A DNA stretch of 64,000 nt, from positions 160,001-224,000 of the forward strand of contig CAWBHS010000088.1 of the NCBI GenBank assembly GCA_963788655.1, written 5' to 3'. The stretch is from an uncultured Verrucomicrobiae bacterium. GTDB taxonomy: Bacteria > Verrucomicrobiota > Verrucomicrobiia > Limisphaerales > JAFGQR01. Made by a program: the position numbers and the translations under genes. The notes beneath the pieces were generated by a model. That model was not told the origin of the DNA. It saw only the letters and a program-made list of their open reading frames with translations, and did not search any database. Positions 45,242 through 54,200 of the stretch are shown here, in pieces; the first letter of the stretch is position 1, and every line of letters begins with the position of its first letter.

Positions 45242-46842
45242 GACGCGTTCCTCCGTCCCCGGCTGGTGAGCTGTTCCAAAAATCGTCTGACCTCCTCGGT
45301 GCTGTCCAGCGCATAACGCGCGCCAGTGAGCCGCGCTGCATCGCGCACGACAATTCCCACGCCGCAGTCTTCCAAAACTGCGAATGCGTCTTCGTCGGTC
45401 AAATCATCGCCCAGGTAAAAGGGCAGCACTTCGGAAGTATCGAGCTTGAGCGTTTTCAACAACCACCGCACGGCCTTGCCCTTGTGCCAGTCGATTTGCG
45501 GTTGCAGCTCATAAACCTTCTTGCCGCTCGCCCGCCGGAGGTGCTCATGTTGGGCGGCGACTTGGGCCACCTGCCGTGCCACGGCGTCCACCTGTTCATC
45601 CGTGACGTTGCGATAGTGAACCGCCAACGAGAACTTCTTCCGTTCGACTTGGGCGCCCGGAATACCGTCGAGATGCCGGCGTAAGACCGCTTCCGCCTGG
45701 TCCAAGGCGGGCAGGCAGGCTTGCGCCGCGTCATTTTCCCGGTGCAATCCCAGCGGACCGGCAATCTCAAATCCATGGCTGCCGGCGTAGATGATCTCCT
45801 CGAGGCCGACCCGTTCCCGCACATCGGCCAATCCGCGTCCGCTGACGACCGCGACCGTGGCTTGTCGTGCCAGTTGCTGAACGACGACGCGCATCGGCTC
45901 ACTCAATACCGCGTCTTCCGGGCGGGCCACTATTGGCGTCAACGTGCCGTCATAATCGAGGAACACCACCATCCGTTGGTGGCCATCACCGACAAGCTGT
46001 TGCACCTCAGCTAGTGCCGACGGAAGTTCAGAGGTCATCCTTGGGGCTCCGGACGCCTTGGCGTCCACCGTTACGTCGGCCAGATCAGACACCACGATGT
46101 CTGCGCCATTGGCTTTCAGCCGTTGAGGCGCGTGCTGTCGGTCCACGCCGATCACGCGTCCAAAGCCGCCTTGCCGTCCGGCTTTAACACCGGCGATGGC
46201 GTCTTCCACGATCACAGTTCGGCGCGGTTCCACCCCGAGGCGCCGGGCCGCTTCGAGAAATATGTCGGGGGCCGGCTTGCCGTTCAGGTGCAGCCGCGCC
46301 GCCTCCACGCCATCGACTTGGGCGTCAAACAGGGACTGGAGTTTGGCGGTTTGCAGGACGGCCCCGCAGTTTTTGCTGGCGGAGATGACGGCTACTTTGC
46401 GGCCCCGGCCCCGCAACGTCCGCACGAGGGCCACCGTCGATTCATAGACTTTCACGCCCTGGCGGCGCAACTGCTCCTGGAACAGGCGGTTCTTGCGGTT
46501 GCCCAAGCCGCAGACCGTTTCCTGTTCCGGCGAATCGTTTGGTTGACCGTAAGGCAGCTCGATCTGCTGCGACTTGAGGAAACTATCAATCCCGTCATAC
46601 CGCGGCCGGCCATCGAGGTGTTCCGGGTAATCCTTGTCGATTTCAAACGGGGCAAAAGCGGGTTGGTTCTTGCGCAAACGCTCGGCGCGGTAGTCGTCAA
46701 ACAATTGCTTCCAGACGGCGGCATGGACCCGGGCCGTTTGGGTGATCACGCCGTCGAGATCGAAGATCACGGCGTCGAAATCTTGTGGGCGAATCACCTT
46801 GAGCGTTGCTGGATCAGTGGATTTTTCTCGTGACCTTTGCAC
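45238..46842 (-). CDS. otsB: Two-domain HAD protein: beta-phosphoglucomutase-like plus trehalose-6-phosphate phosphatase
   Basis: FDLDGVIT..GKPAPD..VEDA, then LDYDGTLTPIV..SGR..GSHGFE..HKGKA..GDDLTDEDAF. Confidence 0.85.
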   Translation of the reverse strand: MQRSREKSTDPATLKVIRPQDFDAVIFDLDGVITQTARVHAAVWKQLFDDYRAERLRKNQPAFAPFEIDKDYPEHLDGRPRYDGIDSFLKSQQIELPYGQPNDSPEQETVCGLGNRKNRLFQEQLRRQGVKVYESTVALVRTLRGRGRKVAVISASKNCGAVLQTAKLQSLFDAQVDGVEAARLHLNGKPAPDIFLEAARRLGVEPRRTVIVEDAIAGVKAGRQGGFGRVIGVDRQHAPQRLKANGADIVVSDLADVTVDAKASGAPRMTSELPSALAEVQQLVGDGHQRMVVFLDYDGTLTPIVARPEDAVLSEPMRVVVQQLARQATVAVVSGRGLADVRERVGLEEIIYAGSHGFEIAGPLGLHRENDAAQACLPALDQAEAVLRRHLDGIPGAQVERKKFSLAVHYRNVTDEQVDAVARQVAQVAAQHEHLRRASGKKVYELQPQIDWHKGKAVRWLLKTLKLDTSEVLPFYLGDDLTDEDAFAVLEDCGVGIVVRDAARLTGARYALDSTEEVRRFLEQLTSRGRRNAS

Positions 46843-47110
46843 CGTTCAACCTTGCTTGCCTTTGGAAAAGGTGCAAGTCGCCAACCGTCTTTTCCGCGGA
46901 CAGAAATCGAGAAAGTGTTGAATGGCCAACGGCACGTCGCCTCGCGGCTCGCTCTGCGCAGAAACTGACAGATCTGATCCCTCAGAAGGCGACGGCAAAC
47001 CAAGAGCCGTCCAAACGCTGACGCGACATGGCCGCTGGCCGTGCCGAATGTCGCGCCGCGCTTGAAGATACGTCGAGTTTGCTCCCGCTCTCGCGTGAAG
47101 TGCGAACCGT

Positions 47111-47404
47111 TTATGCCCGCCCCAACAGCACGCCGATTACCAGTCCGATGCCCAAAGCAGTGCCAATCGATTCGTAGGTATGCTTGCGGATGGTATCGTC
47201 AGCCACGCGCGTTGCATCGGACAACCGGCTTTGGAACTTCCGGTACGTCACTTGCGCGGAGTCCAGGGTGGCGGTCATCCGCGTGCGGATCTCACCGATT
47301 TTGGCGTCCGTTTGATCGGTGGTGGCGTCGAGCAAATCTTTAGCATCATGCATCAGGGTTCTGAGTTCGCTGAGCAGTTTTTCGTTCTCTTCAGGTTTTG
47401 CCAT
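47111..47404 (-). CDS. DUF883 / ElaB-YqjD family protein
   Basis: Helical N-part, IRKHTYESIG then Gly-rich TM tail ending LLGRA; purine-rich RBS upstream. Confidence 0.85.
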   Translation of the reverse strand: MAKPEENEKLLSELRTLMHDAKDLLDATTDQTDAKIGEIRTRMTATLDSAQVTYRKFQSRLSDATRVADDTIRKHTYESIGTALGIGLVIGVLLGRA

Positions 47405-49007
47405 AAGGTTCTTCCTTTCCAGCTTAGGCCTCGACTCGGTGGCCATTGATTCGTCGTCCACCGTACGAGACATGGTTTTTGTTTCCAATTCGAGAGCATC
47501 AACACTACCACGCCGCCGGCAGTCGAATCTCCGCCGCGTCGCCCCTATCCTGAGGCGGCCGGGTGGTCGTTTACAGTCGCGACTCTCGAATTACTGTAAC
47601 AGCGATCTATCGGCTGTCCATCTTGGGTACGCTGGCCTGCCCGCGGATAGGTTCCGGTGGCAGATAACAACAACGCCGACAGTCTTGTCAGCTCGAACTT
47701 CACCCAAACTATGCGTCAACAAGAATGTCGGCGCACCCGCACATTCGAATCAGCTCGCACCGGCTGACGTGCCGGCGGCCCCGCGCAAGTGCCCGATTCA
47801 TTGGGCCGCGATGTTGAGAAAACCCGAACGTTGGAAACACCAACTCAACGCCCGGGTCTCTCCCCAACTGGATTGGCGCAAATCTTCCAGCGAACCGTTC
47901 CGCAGCTCTGCTTCTTGCTGGCGTTTGTTTAACCGGGCGTGCCGGTTGAAGCCGTCAGGTGAAGCGCAGATTTCAATTCGGTGCTACGCCGGGCGCCTCG
48001 CCTCATGGCGTAACAACTTCTTCCGCAACCCGCCTGGCCCACGGTTCGCCATAAGGCCTCGGCCCAAGCACCGAAGGATTAGTGTACGTTTCGTTCGTGA
48101 CGCTTTTGCAGGTACGACAACCAGTGGGAATGGCTGAACGCGGCGCCATTAATTTGCCGTGGCTGCAGGAAACGAGAATTGGAGGCTCGTTCGACGCGGG
48201 CAATGGCATTGATTTCTCTCGAGTTGGTCTTTCGTCCGTTACTTGTTTTCATGTTATAGGAATTGGTGGTGACGCGGTTGGACTGGGGTCCCATCACCCT
48301 GGAATTGGATTGGGCGATGGAACTTCGAGCCGTCCGCGTCATGTTTGTTGTTGGTCTGATGGTTTCACTGGCCGCAGAGGTCCGGAGGCTGTCCTGAATG
48401 AACAGCAAGGGGAGATCCCAAAAGGCGGAGGGGGCGAACGACACTGGCAGTTTCCACGTGAGCCCGGAGGACTGTTTACGACGTGGACAAAGTGGCAACC
48501 CCGCCGCCGCGCCAGTTGCTTGCCTGAATCCATTTGAAGTCATAATCGTTCCCTGGTGGCTGAGGCGTATTTCTCTGGTTCTGTCGGCAGTTGGCATTGC
48601 GGCTGGCAACAAGTGATTTGGTTATTCCTGAACCTCGTCAGTGAATGGGGTCGTGCCGGCCATCACCACCGGATTGGTCCCGGTCGCGTGGGGAGTCAAT
48701 CCGGCCCCACCTTGTCGTCGTGACGCTCGTAGCAGAAACGGAGACTTCGGCAGACGGCACCCCAGCAAGGCTTTTAGCCGCCATCCGTTCGCTGTATCTT
48801 CGCTTTGGGCAGTCACCCGCCAACCGTTTCCAGGGTTGTTGGCTGACTGCGCACCCGCCAAATCTGAAGATCGTCGTTTCATACGCCAGCGACTTTAGCA
48901 AGCCTACAAAAGCTGCGACAATCGGGGTGGACGCCAGATTTGATTAGGCAGACTGACGAGGACGCGTATGGAAATTTCTTAGTTGCGGTAATGGTGAGCC
49001 CCCAGAT

Positions 49008-49742
49008 TCAGAGGCGGCAGTTGTGGTCGGTGGATTCCGTCCAGAGCACGGCGTAACGCACCAATTCCGAGGCGGTCTTCAGTTTGAGCTTGCGTTTGAT
49101 GTTGGCCCGGTGGGTTTCCACCGTCTTCAAGCTCAGGCCCAATTGCTGGGCAATGTCGCGGCTTTCCCGGGCGCGACCGATTAGCATCAGTACTTCCAAT
49201 TCGCGGTCGGTGATTTGCATACCCGGGTTCTGCTGGCCGTCTGGTCGCCGCCCGGAAAGGGAATTGAAGAGCCGGTCCACCAGTTGGTCGCTCACATAGA
49301 CATGGCCGCTGAGCACATACCGGATGGCCTCCAATAACTGGGGCCCTTTCTCCTGCTTGCGAATATAACCCCGCGCTCCGGAACGAAGGGCGCGTTCGGC
49401 GAAAATCGCTTCGTCGTGCATCGACAGCACCAGTACCGGCAGATGCGGGTGCAGCGCGCGCAAGTCCTTGAGCAGTTCCAAACCGCTCTTTTCCGGGAGA
49501 CTCAGATCGAGCAGCACCAGATCCGGTTTGACCCGTTCGATGACGCTGAGCGCTTCGCGCGCCGTTTCCGCCTCGCCGCACACGCTCAAGTCGGGCGTGG
49601 CATCCACCAATTTCATAAGGCCCTGCCGCAAAATGGGATGATCATCCACCAGGAGAATCCGTTTTTTGGATTTCCCCGCGGTCGGGCAGCGAGAGGCGGA
49701 TGTCGCGTTGGTTTTCAAATCCTGGGAGGCCGTTTTAAACAA
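49008..49742 (-). CDS. NarL/LuxR family response regulator
   Basis: LLVDDHP, LDLSLP, LSMH, TDRELEV, LSLKTVETHRANIKRKL. Confidence 0.92.
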   Translation of the reverse strand: MFKTASQDLKTNATSASRCPTAGKSKKRILLVDDHPILRQGLMKLVDATPDLSVCGEAETAREALSVIERVKPDLVLLDLSLPEKSGLELLKDLRALHPHLPVLVLSMHDEAIFAERALRSGARGYIRKQEKGPQLLEAIRYVLSGHVYVSDQLVDRLFNSLSGRRPDGQQNPGMQITDRELEVLMLIGRARESRDIAQQLGLSLKTVETHRANIKRKLKLKTASELVRYAVLWTESTDHNCRL

Positions 49743-49798
49743 GTGGTTCCATTAGGGATATTTGTATTCGGCGCCACACTTCTTAGTCAAGGCTAACG

Positions 49799-49843
49799 TT
49801 GACAAAATGTATAAAATGGCAATACTACTCAAATGAATAGTAT
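49799..49843 (+). promoter_or_regulatory. Putative promoter with overlapping palindromic operator
   Basis: TTGACA at 49799 in an AT-rich tract; ATACTACTCA-aa-TGAATAGTAT inverted repeat at 49822-49843. Confidence 0.45.
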
Positions 49844-50003
49844 GAATGTAACCCGATCTCGCCGGCAGCGAAAAACAGGGAAAAACACCGCGCGGCCAAG
49901 CCGATCAACTATTCGGCAGGCTGCGGGTGGAACAGCGGTTTGGTGCGCTTACTGTGCAGTTGACTGGATGGAATACACTTGGGATTAACCGATGGTTTTG
50001 TTT

Positions 50004-50137
50004 CCCCTCACCCCGGCCCTCTCCCCCAGGGAGAGGGAGAATCGATGACCGGTTTTCTGAAAACACGATGTCCCTTGGTTTCCGGAGCGGCACCTCCATC
50101 GGTTCCCTCGCCTTGGGGAGCGGGTGAGGGAGAAGGA
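50004..50137. repeat. CCCTCACCCC-type palindromic doublet
   Basis: CCCTCACCCCGGCCCTCTCCCCCAGGGAGAGGG ... CCCTCGCCTTGGGGAGCGGGTGAGGGAGAAGG. Confidence 0.75.
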
Positions 50138-50224
50138 GCCGATTGAATGTCACCATGCGTAGTCCATCCCAAGCTCTCATCAGTATGTTACGCGGTGGCG
50201 CGATCTCAATGAAATGAACAGCTT

Positions 50225-50851
50225 ATGGCCGACACTCTGACCCCACGCCAGCAAGAGGTCCTGAATTTTATCCGGGAAACCGTTCACCAACACGGGCAAA
50301 GTCCCAGTCTCCGGGAAATTGCGCGGCACTTCGGCTTCAACAGCATGAAAGCGGCGGCCGACCACGTCAGCGCGTTGCGGCGCAAGGGGGCGTTGGCGCA
50401 CCGTCCACGCCAGGCCCGCTCCTTGCGGGTGGTGTCGCCGCTGCAAGCGTTGCGGCGTCCCGTGGTGGATATCCCGCTCTACGGCTTGATCCCTGCCGGT
50501 TTTCCCGATGACCGGCGCCAGCAGCAGCCCGAAGGCTGCCTTTCCGCCGACGTGGAAAGCCTTGGCGTCCGGCCTACGGCCCGCACGTTTGCGCTCCAGG
50601 TGCGCGGCGATTCCATGATTGGCCGGCACATTGTGGATGGCGATTACGTCGTGCTCGAACACGGTAAGACCCCGCGCAACGGCGATGTGGTGGCGGCGCT
50701 CATCGACAACGAAAGCACGCTCAAAACGTTTATGTTGGAAAAGGGCAAACCGTTCCTTCGCGCCGAGAACCCGCGCTATCCGAAACTGATTCCCGCCGAG
50801 GAACTGGTGGTGCAAGGGGTGATGGTGGCCTTGATCCGAAGGGAAAAATGA
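50225..50851 (+). CDS. lexA: LexA repressor
   Basis: LTPRQQEVL, PSLREIA, Ala-Gly cleavage site IPAG, catalytic GDSM and TLK. Confidence 0.93.
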   Translation: MADTLTPRQQEVLNFIRETVHQHGQSPSLREIARHFGFNSMKAAADHVSALRRKGALAHRPRQARSLRVVSPLQALRRPVVDIPLYGLIPAGFPDDRRQQQPEGCLSADVESLGVRPTARTFALQVRGDSMIGRHIVDGDYVVLEHGKTPRNGDVVAALIDNESTLKTFMLEKGKPFLRAENPRYPKLIPAEELVVQGVMVALIRREK

Positions 50852-50910
50852 AATGGCACATTACCCAACTTGCGTATGACCGTCATGACCTAAACGGAGC
50901 TTTCGTTAGG

Positions 50911-51178
50911 CGCGACAGCGTCATGGAGTGCGGCAGTCCTCTGCCGCTTTTGATGGTTGGCAGTTCGTCCGAAAGCGGCAGAGGACTGCCGCACTTCACA
51001 AGCTGGCACGACATTTCTGTGGACCTCACGAACCGCGCGCCAGCGTTTGGAGTGCGTGGAGCTTGCTCCCGCTTTCGTTGGCGGCGGGGTTACGACGGCG
51101 AACGTGCATGCAACACCTTGGCCATCACTTTTTCGTCCGAAAGCGCCGGCAAGTCGGGCGCACTCCAAACGCTTCGCG
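50911..51178. repeat. Two tandem GGAGTGCG-type doublets, family E
   Basis: GGAGTGCGGCAGTCCTCTGCCGCTTT...AAAGCGGCAGAGGACTGCCGCACT and GGAGTGCGTGGAGCTTGCTCCCGCTTT...AAAGCGCCGGCAAGTCGGGCGCACTCC. Confidence 0.85.
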
Positions 51179-51236
51179 TTTTTCGGAGGCTACCGCAAAT
51201 TACCCGCACTTAATTCCCCGGCCATTCTGAGGTCAA

Positions 51237-54200
51237 ATGCTTCGATCCATCGTCCATCTTGATGCGGATGCCTTCTTCGCTTCCGTGGAGCAGGCGGCGG
51301 ACCCGCGTTTGCGCGGCAAGCCGGTGGCGGTGGGTGGCGAGAAGCGCGGGATCATCGCGGCGGCTTCGTACGAAGCGCGCCGGTTCGGCATCTACACGCC
51401 CATGCCCACCGTGCGCGCGCGGAAGCTTTGTCCCCAGCTCATCCTGCTGCCCGGCGACTTCGAGAAATATGAGCGGTTTTCCCGCTGGATGTTTTCTTAT
51501 GCCTACGATTTTACGCCGGACGTGGAGATTGGGTCGATTGATGAAGGCTACTTCGACCTGAGCGGGACGCGCAAATCACCGGTCACGATTGCGCAAACCA
51601 TCCGCCACGCCATTCGGCAGGCGCTCAAAATCACCGTGAGCGAAGGCATCGGCAGCAACAAACTCGTCAGTCAGATTGCCTCGAAGCTCAACAAACCGGC
51701 CGCCTTCTTTTACGTGCCGACCGGCCGGGAAGTTACCTTCCTGCACCCGTTGCCTAATGTCTGGTTGCCGGGCGTTGGCCCGCAAACCGCCGCGCGTCTG
51801 AACACCGCCGGCTTGGCGTATGTCCGGCAAATTGCCGCTACGCCCACCGACTTGTTGAGCTTGCTGGTGGGTAACACCGCGCCGCAGTTGAAGAATTTCG
51901 CCAACGCCATTGACGAACGGCCCGTCGTGCCGGTGAGCGAACCCGCCAAGTCGTATGGCCAACAGGAAACCTTCGCGCAGGACCAGACGAATGAGGAATT
52001 CATCGAAGCCACACTGCGGCGGATGGCCGACCATCTCATGGCCAAGGTGCGTGCGGACGGCAAAGCCATTCGCACGCTCACGGTCAAGGTGCGCTACAAC
52101 GACATGGACGAACATCAGGCCAGCGAGAGTTTGCGCGAACCCACCGATCTCGAAACGGATATTTACTCCCGCCTCCAAGCGCTGCTCCGCCGTGCCTGGG
52201 AACGCCGGGTGAGCTTACGGATGGTGTCGCTCAAATTGGCCAACGTTTACACCGGTTTCTTCCGCACGGAACTGCCCCTGGAAGCCGAGGCCCGCCAGCA
52301 CGAAGCCCGTCGGCGATTGGCGGCGACGATTGATGAGCTGCGCCACACCCACGGTCAAAAGGTGATTCTGCGCGGACACGACCTGATGCTGGCGGCGAAC
52401 GAGACGAGGCGCAGTCCGGCTAAACCCAAGGCCGTCCAGCGTTACCAAGTTACGGTCGTCTATAAGCCCCGGAACAGCGGGCGCGAATCGGCGCTGGTTT
52501 TGCGGGAGGAAAGTCGGAGCCGGCTCACGCCGCCGCCGGTTCAAGGAAACGCTTTGGATGTGCCAGCGGTGGCTGGGCCGGGGCGTTCTTCTTCGTCAAA
52601 AACGTCCGCGGTTGCGTTTGTACCATTGGCGGTGCGGAGTTATTATTCGTTCCTCAATTCCACGTTGTCACCCAAGGCCATTGTCGAATTGGCCAAGCGC
52701 CATGAACTGCCGGCCATCGCGTTGTGCGACCAGGGCAATCTGCACGGCGCAGTGGAATTCGTGCAGGAAGCCCGCCGCGCCGGGATCAAACCCATTCTGG
52801 GCACGGAGATTTTGTGGGCGGGCCGGCCGTTGCGGTTGTATGTCCAGAACGCCCGCGGTTACACGAACCTGTGCCGACTGCTTTCGCAAATCGGTGTGAA
52901 GGCGACAGCGCCGCAGAATCGTTTGGGGAAATCATCTCAAGGCGGACGGGGCAAGCTCGGAGTCCCGCCTTCAGGCGGTTTGGGCACCGTGCCGCCTGAA
53001 GGCGGGACTCCAAACGGGAATGTTCAAACTGGCGCACACGATTTCAATCGCCTGCTCGCGAACGCGGGCACGGAAGGTTTGCTGGCGGTCAGCGCCGATC
53101 CGCGGGTGGCGGAGTTTTTTCCTGGCCGTTGCTACCGCGATGTGGGTTCGCCGGCGGAATTACGCGGTTTGGCGGCCGACCCGCGGTTGCCGGCTGTTGC
53201 CTGTCTGCCGGTCCATTACGCCACGCCGGCGGATCGCTGGAAATACGACGTGATGCAAAGTATTCGCACGTTGACCTTGCTGCGGCAGGAGCATCCGGGA
53301 AAGGATTTCACCAGCGACTTGCGCTTCCATTCCCCGGCCGAGTTACGCGAGCTTTTTCGGGAACACCCGGAACTGCTCGCGCCCAGCCAGGAACTTGTCG
53401 AGCGTTGCACATTCGAGCTGCCATTCGGTTTGCCGCAGTTTCCGCCGTTCGCGCCGCCGGACGGTTTCACGTCAGCCGCATTTTTGCGGAAGCTGGTAAT
53501 GGAGGGACTGGCGCGACGCTATCCGGCTGCGCAAGTTTCCCGTTTGCAACCGCAAGTCGAACAGGAACTCGCCATCATTGCCGATGTCGGATACGAGGAA
53601 TATTTCCTGATGGTCTGGGATATTTTGCAGACGTGTCGGGAGCACGGCATCGAATGGATCACGCGTGGGAGTGCGGCGGACTCGCTGGTGTGCTATTGCC
53701 TCGGGATCAGCGACGTTTGCCCGATTCGGTTTGGCCTGTACTTCCGCCGGTTCCTGAACAAGGAACGGATGGCGTTGAACAAACTGCCGGACATCGACGT
53801 GGATTTTCCGCACGACCGCAAGGATGACGTGGTGGATTTGGTGTTCGCCAAACACGGTCCGGACTACTGCGCGGTGGTGGGCGGCTTCAGCACGTTCAAG
53901 GCCCGCAGCGCGTTTGCGGAAGTCGCCAAGGTGCTGGGCGTGGCAGAGCGCGAAGTGCGCCGGTTTACCGACCGGTTCCCTTGGAGCTTCCCGAAGCCCG
54001 AAGGAACAGGGCAAAATGCAGAACCGAAGCTTGAACGCACCGCCCCCGCTGATTCCACTTCAGCCTTCAGCCTTCAGCCTTCAGCCTTGAATTGCTTGGC
54101 CGCCACCCTTCGGGCCAGTCCGGATTGCCGGGACTTGCCGGTGGACGAAGAACCGTATCGCAGCGCACTGCTCATGGCGGAGTTTTTGGACGGGTTCCCA

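Noticed and set aside
47490..48620. ORFs 47319..48137, 48079..48612 and 48082..48537 as genes
   Set aside because: No recognisable motifs, atypical composition and mutual overlap; a short peptide at 48079-48252 cannot be excluded.
50200..50224. Verrucomicrobial LexA box (TGTTC-N4-GAACA) before lexA
   Set aside because: Only the GAACA half is present; the left half reads CAATG.
50848..51262. imuA or another gene between lexA and the polymerase
   Set aside because: The ORFs here are translations of palindromic repeats with no RecA/SulA-like motifs.
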